Shown: positions 50,920 to 61,664, counted from the stretch's first letter. The stretch is DNA of 64,000 nt from Pseudomonadota bacterium (GCA_021323675.1 JAJPKP010000061.1:11955-75954); one strand, 5' to 3'. Notes: generated by a model not told the origin, from the sequence alone. Program-made: numbers and translations.

Positions 50920-53900
50920 TTACGGAGTAATACAGCCCGTTGGTTCGGCGACCGGCTTGTAGTGCGGGAACTGACCGCCTGCTCCGCCATCCTCGGTCCG
51001 GTTTACGACCGTGCCGCCGCTCGACGCAACCAGGTTGCCATCCAGCGTGGGCGTGGCCGGCGTGCCGTAGGTTACGTAGGGATCGGGGCATTTGGAGGCC
51101 AAGGGTGACCAGGTTGAATCGTTCAGGACGATGCCGTAATCCTGACAGCCTTCCGCCGGGCAAACATAGTAGCTCTCGCCCCCGTTTTTGGATGGGCAGA
51201 AATACGGATCCGTGGAGCTGTCGCCCGTGCAGGCGCCCAAAGGCGACGGGCCGGTGGCATTTGGCCTGACCTGGGCCACGTACAGGAAGAGCCATCCGGT
51301 GCTTGGGTCATAGAAATACTTGTCCAGAACCGGCTTGCCGTTGGAAGTCAGCTCCGAGATCGAATTGGCGGGTGTGAGCGTCGCCTTGTCATATATGCAG
51401 AGCGACCGATTGCTGTCTTTGTGGGAACCGGTCGGGCACGTGCCACTCGTAGGAACAGGGATCACGCCGACCGATGGGCAGTTTTTGTCCTTTTTGTAAT
51501 TCTGACGGTCCAGGTTGAAGCATGCTTCTTTGGAGGTCAGCCCGTTCGCCTGCCCGTCAAGCTGGTTATAGGCTTTCCTCAGCTCCTGATCGGTCGGATC
51601 GACGCCGCCGCCGCCCCATGATCGGTATCCTTGGGTGATGGTGAACAGGCTTGCGGAGTTCGGATGGTTGTTCTGAGTGCTCGATCCGGTTCCGGTGTAG
51701 CAGATACCCACGCGGACGTAGAAAGGACTGTCAGCGGAGATATTTGGTTTTACGGTATCGACGACCGCGACGTGGACAACACTCGCTATTCCCTGGTCTG
51801 CGGTGATTGTATAGCCGTAACCGCTTTGGATTTTAGGCTCCCACACGCCCTGTCCATCGCGGCCCGACAATACCATCTCCGGATGCTCCCGAAGGTTTCC
51901 GCTGAACTCGGTGGAATCCTTCGTGAATGTAACGTGCTGATCGTGACGGTTTTGGTCATTATCCGCATTCGGGTCGGGCGGATTTGGAAACAGTGTCTGG
52001 AATTCCAGGGCTGCCGCCTCTCCGGGGGAGAAATTTGCGTTGGCGCGGCCTTCCATCTTCTTGTCCTGCTTGCCGGTCGCCTGGCACTCGTCAACCGAGC
52101 CGCCCGGTGTGCTGCCGGCCGCGTTCAGTTCGAGGTTGTTGAGAGAAATCGGATGCAGCTTGCCATCGAGGCTGTCGTCGCTGGTGGGTTTGACGGTGTA
52201 CCCGCTCAGGGTTCCGTCCAGGTCGATGATGGCGGTGTTTTTGTCGCCGTCATTGAAGGCGGAAATGTTGACCTGTTGCGTGTAAACCTGGTGGCGAAAA
52301 TCGACATTATCCCACGAGAGCTTTTCGCTGGCTGTTGCTACCGGATAGGAACTGAGGTTTCCCTGGAACCATCCGAGCGCTGCGTCGCCTTCGTACACTC
52401 CGTTGGGAGGCGGAGGAATCGGCGATGGAGGACTGTTCAGGTAAGCCGTGTCGTAGGTGGTCAGCAGGCTCGTTGGGTCGGCTTTAAAGTTGACGAACCG
52501 ATCGTGGAAAATGAGCGCGGGCCCGTCGTAAATCATGTAACCGGCCATGTTCCAGCGATTGTCGGGGTAGCCGTTGTTGATTCGATCGGCGCCGGTGCCC
52601 TGCTGGCCTTTTGCAGCCGCGGTTTTATCAATACAGCCGAAGTTCCATCCGCCAATTTGTCCGAGGCCCTGCGAACTCTGCCGGATCGAGGGGCAGGGGC
52701 CGAAGCGGTCGACGTTGTTCTGGCTGATCCCGACTATCACCGAATCGCTAAGCAGCGAGTAGATTCCGGGGTAGTTGCCGTCGGGTCCGCCGGAGGTTAC
52801 CAGCGAGATTCCGTCGCGATTGGTGGCAATCCGGGCGCCGCTGACGGTATAGAAGCTTGGCCGCAGCCAGATTCCTCGGAAGCGGTTGCGCGTGACCGTA
52901 ACGCCCGTAAATTCGGCCATCGTCGCGTGATTGGTCGGAGACTTCACTCCGTTCTGATAGGGCTGCAGTGCTTCGGCGTTGATATCCTGATTGTCGCCGC
53001 TATAGAGCCCGGAGTCGCAGCCATGCGCCCGGTTGTTGACGAAGGTTCCGTGAGGATTGCCGATTCCGGTGTAGGTGCCTACCGGAATGAACTTTTTGCT
53101 TTGCAGGGTCTGGCTGCCGCGGAACGGCGGGACGTACCAGTATCCCTTGCCCTCGCCCTGGCATCCGCCAATCGAGTTGTTGGTCAGGTTCGTGCTGGGA
53201 TTGACAATCCAGAAACCGCTCGCGGGTTCATAGTAATACTCTCCAGAGTTGCACGGTGGTTGGGTTCCGGTCGGAATGAATGACCCGTTGTCATTGGTGT
53301 TCTTGTCGCCGAACTTCATGCAGCTTCCGACCGTGCCGGCGGTCTGGTCTCCGGTGTCCGGAATCTTGAATTGATCGAACGGCATCTTCTTTGAATCCTG
53401 GTTGAGCGGATCGACCATGTTGTCGCCCACCCACCAGGAATTGCTGATGAGGGTGTTACGCGCGGTCTCCGGCGTGCCACCGTCGTTCACGTCGAACCAG
53501 TTGCTCATCGCGCCCAGGCCGAGATTGTGATTGAACGTGACGTTGTCCTCGTCGCCAATCTCCTCGTAGAAGATGTGCCCGGTGATTCTCGCGCAGACGT
53601 TGTTCGAGATGGTCAGGTTCTGCGTCGAATGGATCGCTATGCACTTGTTATAGCTGTGATGGATGCTGTTGGAATCGAGGAGCGGCTTCTGCGCCACGTC
53701 TTGATCCATATGGAAATGGATCGGATAGCTGCCGAGCTTGTCCTTGCCGAACTTCGAGATCTCGACGCCCTGGATGGAAACTTCGTTGAAGCCCTGGAGA
53801 AACTTGATCTCGCCGCCCCAATGGTTGCTCGTTCCGGTGGCGGGAGTGACGGAGGTCAGCGTGATATTGCGGGTGATGAGGCCGACCTCGGCGCGCTCGT

Positions 53901-54927
53901 CAACGCCGTAGTTGCGATCGGAGCCGTCCGTCATGCCTCCGGTCGGCGGAAGCGATCCGAAGTGATAGAACTTGAGCGGCGTCGAGGGGGAGAGGTTGAT
54001 GATCCGGTTTCCGTTTTTGTCGAGAGCGCCAAAACCCGCGATCTGAACGAATTCCGATTCAAACGGACTGAAACCGGTGCCGCCCACCACGATCCAATCG
54101 TTGGCCTGCCACGCGCCGGGCTTCTTGGTGACATCGTCCTTCACCACGATTTGCGTGGCTGACTTGGCGGGAACCGCCACCTTGTGTGTTGCGTCGTATT
54201 TCGAAGGGCCGGCCGCGTCACCGAGGTAGGTCCAGCTCACGCCCGTGGGTGGAACGCCCTTGAGCCCGTACATCCTCAGCGATCCGCCCTTTTCGACCTG
54301 GATTCCCTTGGTGTAGCCGGGGCAATCGTTGTTGACGCAGTTGGGACTTTTATCGCCGGTGAACTTGATAGTGACGTTGGTCGCGGGGTTGATGGTGCCA
54401 ATCGGACACTTGGCGTTGCCGACTTCGAGGCTTCCGAATACGTCGATGCCGGTAGTCGTCAGCGTGACTGGAAGCTGCGCTGTGCGATCGAGAAATTTTA
54501 CCGTGGCTCCGGCGTTGATCGTGATCTTGCCGTAGCTGGCGTTGGCGGTGTCAACGTAAACCGTGACGTTCCCTTTGCACTCCGGTTGGGTTTTTGAATC
54601 GCTGCCGCCGACGACGACATCCTTGGTCTTCGTATCGACCATGCATTTGGACAATATGCCGTAGTTTCTCTGAACTTCGCATTCAGGAGTCGCGGTAGCC
54701 TGGGGCGCCGGTGGCGTCGCCTGAGGCGGGTTTGTCGCGTGATTTTTCTTGTGATGTCGGCGCGCGGCGGCCGGCGAGGCCAGCATCGCGACAACCAGTA
54801 CAACCGCGATCGGAACCGCCGATTTTGCAATCGCCAGCGGCTTGATGACCTTGCTGCGCGCTGTGAAAACAGCGGCAATCCGGGCCCAATTCCGGGAAAT
54901 CATCGTCGAGAATGAATTCATACTCAT
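50920..54927 (-). CDS. Large secreted G8-domain / parallel beta-helix protein, CEMIP/TMEM2-like
   Basis: AGGAG RBS before ATG 54927; signal peptide; G8-like domain; VDERAEVGLITRNI, YPIHFH, SIHHSYNKCIAIH, GHIFYEE, FWIVNP, IYDGP motifs. Confidence 0.8.
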   Translation of the reverse strand: MSMNSFSTMISRNWARIAAVFTARSKVIKPLAIAKSAVPIAVVLVVAMLASPAAARRHHKKNHATNPPQATPPAPQATATPECEVQRNYGILSKCMVDTKTKDVVVGGSDSKTQPECKGNVTVYVDTANASYGKITINAGATVKFLDRTAQLPVTLTTTGIDVFGSLEVGNAKCPIGTINPATNVTIKFTGDKSPNCVNNDCPGYTKGIQVEKGGSLRMYGLKGVPPTGVSWTYLGDAAGPSKYDATHKVAVPAKSATQIVVKDDVTKKPGAWQANDWIVVGGTGFSPFESEFVQIAGFGALDKNGNRIINLSPSTPLKFYHFGSLPPTGGMTDGSDRNYGVDERAEVGLITRNITLTSVTPATGTSNHWGGEIKFLQGFNEVSIQGVEISKFGKDKLGSYPIHFHMDQDVAQKPLLDSNSIHHSYNKCIAIHSTQNLTISNNVCARITGHIFYEEIGDEDNVTFNHNLGLGAMSNWFDVNDGGTPETARNTLISNSWWVGDNMVDPLNQDSKKMPFDQFKIPDTGDQTAGTVGSCMKFGDKNTNDNGSFIPTGTQPPCNSGEYYYEPASGFWIVNPSTNLTNNSIGGCQGEGKGYWYVPPFRGSQTLQSKKFIPVGTYTGIGNPHGTFVNNRAHGCDSGLYSGDNQDINAEALQPYQNGVKSPTNHATMAEFTGVTVTRNRFRGIWLRPSFYTVSGARIATNRDGISLVTSGGPDGNYPGIYSLLSDSVIVGISQNNVDRFGPCPSIRQSSQGLGQIGGWNFGCIDKTAAAKGQQGTGADRINNGYPDNRWNMAGYMIYDGPALIFHDRFVNFKADPTSLLTTYDTAYLNSPPSPIPPPPNGVYEGDAALGWFQGNLSSYPVATASEKLSWDNVDFRHQVYTQQVNISAFNDGDKNTAIIDLDGTLSGYTVKPTSDDSLDGKLHPISLNNLELNAAGSTPGGSVDECQATGKQDKKMEGRANANFSPGEAAALEFQTLFPNPPDPNADNDQNRHDQHVTFTKDSTEFSGNLREHPEMVLSGRDGQGVWEPKIQSGYGYTITADQGIASVVHVAVVDTVKPNISADSPFYVRVGICYTGTGSSTQNNHPNSASLFTITQGYRSWGGGGVDPTDQELRKAYNQLDGQANGLTSKEACFNLDRQNYKKDKNCPSVGVIPVPTSGTCPTGSHKDSNRSLCIYDKATLTPANSISELTSNGKPVLDKYFYDPSTGWLFLYVAQVRPNATGPSPLGACTGDSSTDPYFCPSKNGGESYYVCPAEGCQDYGIVLNDSTWSPLASKCPDPYVTYGTPATPTLDGNLVASSGGTVVNRTEDGGAGGQFPHYKPVAEPTGCITP

Positions 54928-55008
54928 CGAACTCCTGCGCGGCTGTCCGCGCCCGATATCACACACGCCGGAACTGAGCGGATGGATTTTAGACGCGGTT
55001 TGGCCACC

Positions 55009-56463
55009 TTATCTTCGAATCTTCGCGGCCGCCTTTGCGCTTCCGGCTTTGCTGCCCGCCGTAAACTGCGGGGGCAGGCTCGTCGCCGCTCCACCGCTGA
55101 CCGTCGGCAACGGGAAGAACTTCACGCCGTGCCCGTTATCGCAACTGGACGTCGTCGCAAGGCTGGCGCAACTGCCGGCCGGCAGCGCGGTCGCGATCGT
55201 CTGCGGGTTCTTCTGCAGCTTCGCCAGATTGATCTGAACGACGAACGTCCGAAAGTCGTCGATCACGTATCCAAGGTTGTGGCAGGTGTCGATGTCCGTG
55301 CCGTAGGGAAACTCGGCAGCCTGGAACGGAAGCCCGAGAGGATCCGACGGTATCGAACTGTGCACGCTTTTTACTTGCGAATCTTTCAGTTGTTTGACCT
55401 TGCCGGTCGGGAGACTCAGGAGCGCGATCTCGTTGGAAGAGTCCGCGGTGATGAGCGCCTTGTGGGTGAGCGGATTCACCCCGACGCCCGGCATCCCGAT
55501 CGAGCCAACCTGGGTGTCGTGGTTTACGGAATTGGGTTGCGTTCCACCTTCGTCCAGCGAGCAGGCGTCGGTGCCCAATCCGTTGAACGTCGACCGGTTT
55601 AGATTGATCACGCTCACCTGCGGGGACTCGAAATTGCCCACCACCCAGATATCGGTCGTGGGATCGACGCCGACACCGTCTGGGTCAGCATCAAGGTTGA
55701 CGACATTTTGATCGACCAGGAGACAAAGAGTCGGCGGGTCGCCCAGATGAGGAACGAGCAGCAGAAACGCGGCCAAATCCGACGTCGAGATGGTCAAGTC
55801 GGTCTTCGGTAACAGGCCGAATGCGTTCACATCGACCGACGTTATGAGCAACGGACCGAAGGTCCCGGTGCCGAGATCGAACAATGCCTCGCCGGTGCAT
55901 CCGGCTGAGTTGCTGCAATCGGGTGCATCGTTCATCGAAATAAGGGCGGTGTTGTTGTCAGGATTGACCACGACGCCCGAAGTCGGCCCGGGTCTGCTGC
56001 CGGTCGGAAACGAAACCTGGGAAATCGAAAGGTCGGCTTCGTTGATCAGGAGCAGCGTTCCTGTCGTGACTGCGTTGTCCGCGAGGACCAGAACCGTGCC
56101 GCTTTTGATGTCAACGGCGGCGGCGCGGGGCAGGGCGACCAGGCCAATATCGATGACCGTAACCAACGGATCGCCCTTGTCTGGGTCAACGCTCAAATCG
56201 AGCACCGCGACCTGCCCGTGGAGATTCTCGTTGAGGAAGTCGAGTGGCACGTATGCGCGCTGGCGCTTGCAATCGATCGCGATGACGCTGGAATTGGTCG
56301 CTGGGACCGCCGATACTGCCGGCGCGCCTCCTCCTCCGCTGCTGCCGTTGCATCCGGCCCACATCAGAGCCAGGACGACCAGACAAAGGGCGCCCAGCGC
56401 CCGGGAGGTGATATTAGGCTCGCCAATCGTGCGTTTGATCCCGCTTGTTGCCATAGGAACCAT
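55009..56463 (-). CDS. Cys-rich secreted lipoprotein, YncE-like beta-propeller
   Basis: Lipobox MWAGC plus G/S linker; repeated V.V[DN]P.T..A blades. Confidence 0.68.
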   Translation of the reverse strand: MVPMATSGIKRTIGEPNITSRALGALCLVVLALMWAGCNGSSGGGGAPAVSAVPATNSSVIAIDCKRQRAYVPLDFLNENLHGQVAVLDLSVDPDKGDPLVTVIDIGLVALPRAAAVDIKSGTVLVLADNAVTTGTLLLINEADLSISQVSFPTGSRPGPTSGVVVNPDNNTALISMNDAPDCSNSAGCTGEALFDLGTGTFGPLLITSVDVNAFGLLPKTDLTISTSDLAAFLLLVPHLGDPPTLCLLVDQNVVNLDADPDGVGVDPTTDIWVVGNFESPQVSVINLNRSTFNGLGTDACSLDEGGTQPNSVNHDTQVGSIGMPGVGVNPLTHKALITADSSNEIALLSLPTGKVKQLKDSQVKSVHSSIPSDPLGLPFQAAEFPYGTDIDTCHNLGYVIDDFRTFVVQINLAKLQKNPQTIATALPAGSCASLATTSSCDNGHGVKFFPLPTVSGGAATSLPPQFTAGSKAGSAKAAAKIRR

Positions 56464-56799
56464 TCCCGCCCTTCCTGAAACTCGAAGCGTTTGACTCAAG
56501 TAGAAGAAACCTTCCTGCGATGGAAATAGGTTTTCGATGAATTTATGTTCGAATTCGCGCGCAAATCAGGAAAATCAAAGTTGCGTAACGCAGCGTTAAA
56601 GCGTGATTTCGCCATTAACGCCCAGAATTGATGCCTCTTGCCGAACGGCGTTCTACGCTAGTCAATTCAAGCCCAAACTACAAGGAGGTCGCCTACGAGC
56701 AATGCGGCGATTGTAGTGGAGGCTTAGAGGCGCGTGGAAGCCAACGTCCATTTGAAAAATCTAAAAGATTAGTAAAATTTGTGTCAGGCCGGAGACCAG

Positions 56800-59703
56800 A
56801 TGGATAACCAGCTTCATTTCCCGCCGTTTCGCTTGGATCGGCGTGGAGGCAAACTCTGGCGGGGTGACCGCTCGATTGCTCTCAGACCAAAGACGTTCGC
56901 TCTCCTTGATTATCTCCTTGCACACGCTGGCAAGCTCCTAAGCAAGAACGAACTTCTGACGGCATTGTGGCCGGACGTGAATGTCCACGACGCGGCCCTG
57001 ACGGTGTGTATCCACGAGCTTCGCGACGCGCTGGGCGACGATGCGCAAGCCTGTCGCTTTATAGAAACCACCCACGGACGCGGCTATCGATTCATCGCGC
57101 AGGTAACTGCGACGGATCCCGCTTCCGTTCAGGGCGAGGACGATGTCTTCGTGGGGCGGCAGGAAGAGCTTGCCGCGCTTTCCCAAACCTGGAGGCGCGT
57201 CCTGAAGGGAGCCACGCGGGTGGTGTTTGTGTGCGGCGAGGCGGGAATCGGCAAAACCACCCTGGTCCAGAGGTTTCTTGCTGCCGCCGAACGGCCAACA
57301 GCGTCCTGGACAGGCCGCGGACAATGCGTCGAGTTGTATGGAGAAAGCGAGTCCTACCTGCCGATCCTCGAGGCGCTTGGGCAGATGTGCCGCGGGAGAA
57401 GCGGCGCCGAGGTCAGGCGTGTTCTCCTCAAATATGCGCCGAGCTGGGCGCTTGAGATTCCCGGACTGGTGGCGGCCGCCGACCTGCCGGCGGTTCGGCT
57501 CGATTCAGCTTCCGCGCCGCTGTCGCGCAGGCTTCGGGAGTTCGCCGAAGCGATTGAACTGCTGGCGGCAGTGCGTCCGGTGATACTGGTCTTCGAGGAC
57601 CTTCACCTGAGCGATCGCGCCACGCTGGAACTCATATCCTACCAGGCAAGACAAGGCGGCGAAGCGCGCGTGCTCATCATCGGCACCGCTCGTCTGCAGG
57701 AGGAGCGCACGCGGCCGGTGAACGACATGATTCGCGATCTCAACAGCCGCCATCAATGCGAGCTTCTCGAGCTCGACGCTCTTGGTCAGGGCGCGGTGGC
57801 CGATTACCTTCGCCGCCGAATCGGAAACGAGTCGGTATCGCTGGATCTTGCCACCCAGGTCTTCAGCCGCACCGAAGGCAATCCGTTGTTCATGGTGACA
57901 ATCTCCGACCGGCTGCTGGAGTTCGATGACGGCAGCCGCCAGGTCGGTGCTGACGACCTCGAGCGCATCGGGGTGCCTGACAGCCTGCGCGACATGATCG
58001 AAAAACAGTTCGACATGCTGGCGGACAACGACCGCCGGCTGATCGAAGCCGCGAGCGTTGCCGGGGTCGAGTTTCCGGCGGCAAATCTCCGGGCGGCACT
58101 TGGCCAGAGAAGGGACGGTGCGATCGAGCCATGGGAGGATCGCTGTGATGACCTGGTCCGGCGCGGCCGGTTTCTCCGGCGCAGGGGAATCACGCAGTGG
58201 CCGGACGGAACCTTGTCGGCGCGATATTCGTTCGTTCACGGGCTGTACCAGGAAGTTGTCTATAACCGCGTCAATCCCGCCCGCCGCGCCCGCTACCACC
58301 TGCGGATCGGCGAACGGATGGAGGCGGCATACGGCACCCGGGCGGGCGATGTGGCGGCCGAGTTGGCTGCTCACTTCGAGAAGGCGGGCGATAACCAACG
58401 CGCGGTCAAATACTTTGGCGCATCGGTTGAAACCGAGCTTGGGCGTTCCGCATACGATGCCGCGATCGCGCAGGCCAGAAAGGCGCTGTCACTTGCCGGT
58501 GCGCTGCCGGCGGGGCCGCAGCGCAGCGGCGAGGAATTGCGGCTGCGGATGCTTCTGGGATCCGCCCTGATGGCGCGACTCGGCATCGCGGCGCCATCCG
58601 TCAAGCAGGCATACGCCCGCGCCGAAGAGCTGGTTGAGAGGATGGATGATACTCCGGCCCTCGTTCCGGTTCTGTTAGGCTCGGCCAAGTTCCACATCGT
58701 CCGAGGCGAACTCGATGCCGCGCAGAAGTTCGCGGAGCGAGCGCTGAGAATGGCTCATCACGCGCAAGATCCTGACCTTCTTCTGGAAGCACGGCTGGTT
58801 ATCGGCGCGATACTCTATAGCCGCGGAGAATTTCGCGATTCGCTGAGGCACTTCGAGCAGGCTGAATCTCTCTACGATCCCGCCAGACATCGTCTCCACG
58901 CTCTAACCTACGGAATTGAGCCCGGCGTGCTCGGCAAGAACTATGTCGCGATGAACCTGTGGCGGCTGGGATTTGCCGACCGAGCGCGCAAACATGCCAC
59001 CGAGGCGGTCGCGCTTGCCGAGGAATCGGGACATGCCCACAGCATCTCGTTGGCGCTCACCGGTTTGGCCTCGATTTACGAACGCTGCCGCGATTGGTTG
59101 TCGGCGGCGGCCTGGGCCGAGAAGCTGGTCAACTACGCGGCGGAAAAAGAGCTGGAGTTGTGGCGCGCGTGGGGAGAGGTGCTCTTGGGTACCGCGCAAG
59201 CCGAACTCGGCGATTCTCGCCAGGGATCGATGAGGATTCGATCGGGCCTCGACTCGCTCGAAGCAACCGGAGGCAGCGCACGACAGGCCGAAGTCGCCGC
59301 GCTCGAGACGCTGGTTCGCGCGCATGCGCTGGCGGAGCAGGAGGCGCTCCACATTGCAACCAAGGCGCTTGCGACCGCCCGCAAAACGGGCGAACTGACC
59401 GACGAGGCGGAGATGCAGCGAATTATCGGCAGCTTCCGGCTCGCCGGAGGCGGCGCTGGAAACGAGGCGGGGCACGCAGAGGGAGAACAGAGCCTGCTTG
59501 AAGCGATCGAAACGGCGGATCGGCAGAACGCGCTGGCCTACAAGCTTCGGGCGGAGATCGTTCTGGCGCGCCGGCGTATGCAGCGTGGAGACCGCGAGAG
59601 TGTGCGCACGCGTCTGATCGAGTCCTACCGGAGGTTTACCGAAGGCTTCGATACCGCCGACCTGAAAGAGGCAAAAACGCTAATCGAAGAATTGCAAGCC
59701 TGA
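56800..59703 (+). CDS. wHTH (OmpR/CadC-type)-STAND AAA ATPase-TPR transcriptional regulator
   Basis: N-terminal LRPKTFALL...GRGYRF; Walker A GEAGIGKTT; Walker B LVFEDLH; EGNPLF; C-terminal FTEGFDTADL. Confidence 0.88.
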   Translation: MDNQLHFPPFRLDRRGGKLWRGDRSIALRPKTFALLDYLLAHAGKLLSKNELLTALWPDVNVHDAALTVCIHELRDALGDDAQACRFIETTHGRGYRFIAQVTATDPASVQGEDDVFVGRQEELAALSQTWRRVLKGATRVVFVCGEAGIGKTTLVQRFLAAAERPTASWTGRGQCVELYGESESYLPILEALGQMCRGRSGAEVRRVLLKYAPSWALEIPGLVAAADLPAVRLDSASAPLSRRLREFAEAIELLAAVRPVILVFEDLHLSDRATLELISYQARQGGEARVLIIGTARLQEERTRPVNDMIRDLNSRHQCELLELDALGQGAVADYLRRRIGNESVSLDLATQVFSRTEGNPLFMVTISDRLLEFDDGSRQVGADDLERIGVPDSLRDMIEKQFDMLADNDRRLIEAASVAGVEFPAANLRAALGQRRDGAIEPWEDRCDDLVRRGRFLRRRGITQWPDGTLSARYSFVHGLYQEVVYNRVNPARRARYHLRIGERMEAAYGTRAGDVAAELAAHFEKAGDNQRAVKYFGASVETELGRSAYDAAIAQARKALSLAGALPAGPQRSGEELRLRMLLGSALMARLGIAAPSVKQAYARAEELVERMDDTPALVPVLLGSAKFHIVRGELDAAQKFAERALRMAHHAQDPDLLLEARLVIGAILYSRGEFRDSLRHFEQAESLYDPARHRLHALTYGIEPGVLGKNYVAMNLWRLGFADRARKHATEAVALAEESGHAHSISLALTGLASIYERCRDWLSAAAWAEKLVNYAAEKELELWRAWGEVLLGTAQAELGDSRQGSMRIRSGLDSLEATGGSARQAEVAALETLVRAHALAEQEALHIATKALATARKTGELTDEAEMQRIIGSFRLAGGGAGNEAGHAEGEQSLLEAIETADRQNALAYKLRAEIVLARRRMQRGDRESVRTRLIESYRRFTEGFDTADLKEAKTLIEELQA

Positions 59704-59715
59704 TCGTCCCGGCGA

Positions 59716-60420
59716 TCAACGCCATGGTTGGCGGATACTTTCCGTGTCGCCGGTTTCCCGGTTGACAAGTACCATTTCGATTTCGCGGTATTCGCCCTTT
59801 GGGAAAAATACATAGCCGCTCACGGTGAAGTTGCGGTGAACTTCCTCCGGCCGCAGGGCCAATCCGGCGATCTGTTCGCTGGCCTGCTGGTCGGCCTTGC
59901 TTTGTCCGCGTGATGCGCCGCTAAGCATGCCGCTGCCGGCGCCGATCACCGAGCCTAATACCGCGCCGGTCCCCGCTCCGCCCAAAGCAGCTCCGCCGAT
60001 AGCACCCAAGCCCGCGCCAACCGCTCCAGCCGCGAGTCCGCTTACCGCGGCACTGCCGAGAGCGGCTTTGAGTTCTCCCGCCCCGCCTGCTTGTCTGGCC
60101 GCCTCTTCGGGAGCCAGCGGCGCCACTCGTTCCCCCGCATCGTTGATAGCAAAAATCTGGCTGGGCACGACCGCGTACGGTTCGTTCGTACCGTTGGCAA
60201 TCGATACGTAAACCGGTTGGATATCGCCGACAGGCGAACCTGCCTGCAAGGAGGTTGTAAGATGGCCAGTTTGCGGAGTCGCAACCACCTGCGGAGGATG
60301 CTTGATCGGAGGCGAAGCAACTGCGCATCCCCAAACCGCGACCATAAGCGATATGGCCACAACACCTCTAACAAAAGACCGCAAATGCCAACTATGGGAC
60401 CGTGTTGATGCTTTCATCAT
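59716..60420 (-). CDS. Glycine-zipper lipoprotein
   Basis: Lipobox VWGC; GAVGAGLGAIGGAALGGAGTGAVLGSVIGAGSG. Confidence 0.72.
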   Translation of the reverse strand: MMKASTRSHSWHLRSFVRGVVAISLMVAVWGCAVASPPIKHPPQVVATPQTGHLTTSLQAGSPVGDIQPVYVSIANGTNEPYAVVPSQIFAINDAGERVAPLAPEEAARQAGGAGELKAALGSAAVSGLAAGAVGAGLGAIGGAALGGAGTGAVLGSVIGAGSGMLSGASRGQSKADQQASEQIAGLALRPEEVHRNFTVSGYVFFPKGEYREIEMVLVNRETGDTESIRQPWR

Positions 60421-61220
60421 CGTCTCGGAACGAACCAACCAGAACCTTCCACTCTCACTATACGTTTAGAACATTCCCGACCAAACCTGCTACGTAAAGA
60501 TGGACAGGGCCTATCGGCCGATCCGCCGCACGCCTTTCTAAATCATCGAGCCCTACAATCGTAGCGCTTACAACGTTGTGAACCAGCGATGCGGCAGCTT
60601 GTGGCCGCCGCCTCAGGGCATTCATTGGCTATGTTGCTCCCATAAATTCCTCGCTCACCTCATTTTATCTGTTCGCATGATGGAGACCATCGACAAAGGT
60701 CGGCGCCGATCGGGGACAATTCTGTTCTTTGGGGTCTAATACGCGGTTTAATAGTCACATCCTCGCGTTTCCGGCCTGTTACTATCACTTTGTTGTATCA
60801 TCTTGACATTATGTATGTATCACGTTTACGTAGACACGACTGCGACAGTAGTCGGGACTCTTAACCGCGATCACTGGATAGGAAGCGGTAAGGTCTCGAT
60901 CGCACCAGTAGAGAAAAGAGGGGCCTGCCGATGAGCGATGAAATCGCTACGGCAGTGACAGGGACAGCGAAAACCTTGCGACCAGGACGTCGCGCATTCG
61001 GTTTGGCAAATCCTCGCCGAATTCGTGGGCAATAGATAGGCCGAAATAGCGGTTTCGGTACGGTCGGCTGCCGCCGATGCGTCAATGAGCGCTATCAGGC
61101 GCGGGTGGAAAACTGCGCGGACCAGAGCCCGGAGATATCGGGAGGGCGGACGCTCGCCCTACGCCTGCGGCTTCAACAACGTGAGGGCAACCCTAACTCC
61201 ATTGGCTATCCAAGTAATAC

Positions 61221-61664
61221 CTACTCGCCCGTCCGAAACTCCGGTATCGGCTCCCAGAGCGACTGTGTCGTTCGCATCCCGGGTGTCGGCGTTGGCGTCG
61301 AAGTCGGCAGGGTGTCTTCCTCGTCAGAAGTCTCTGTAGCTTCAATTCTCTTTATTACGTAGGCGTTGTCCTCGTTGCTCAGACATCCACAGTCGGGTGT
61401 CGTGGTGACACTGTCAAGACTGTAGTCATTTGGAACGGGTTGATTGGCGCAAATGATCATGACCGAGCCACGAACCGGCTCGATTTTGCGTGCTCTGCAC
61501 GATCCGTGGCAAATCGGACTGGTTCCGGTGGCGGTAACAACCATGTTGCCGGGGATGACATCTTCGGAACAGACGACTTGCGCCTGGCGCGACGCGGCCG
61601 AGACAGTTCCAGCCATCGTGACGCTTGTGAGCAGCAGCAGAAGGGCCGCGTAGGTAGTTTTCAT
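61221..61664 (-). CDS. Small secreted Cys-rich protein with an internal repeat
   Basis: Signal peptide; 6 Cys in two similar units; TPTPTP tail. Confidence 0.65.
   Translation of the reverse strand: MKTTYAALLLLLTSVTMAGTVSAASRQAQVVCSEDVIPGNMVVTATGTSPICHGSCRARKIEPVRGSVMIICANQPVPNDYSLDSVTTTPDCGCLSNEDNAYVIKRIEATETSDEEDTLPTSTPTPTPGMRTTQSLWEPIPEFRTGE

Noticed and set aside
56800-59703. STAND ATPase as an Avs-type antiphage system
   Set aside because: The N-terminal domain is an OmpR-type DNA-binding wHTH, not a nuclease, TIR or protease effector; the architecture is that of common regulators
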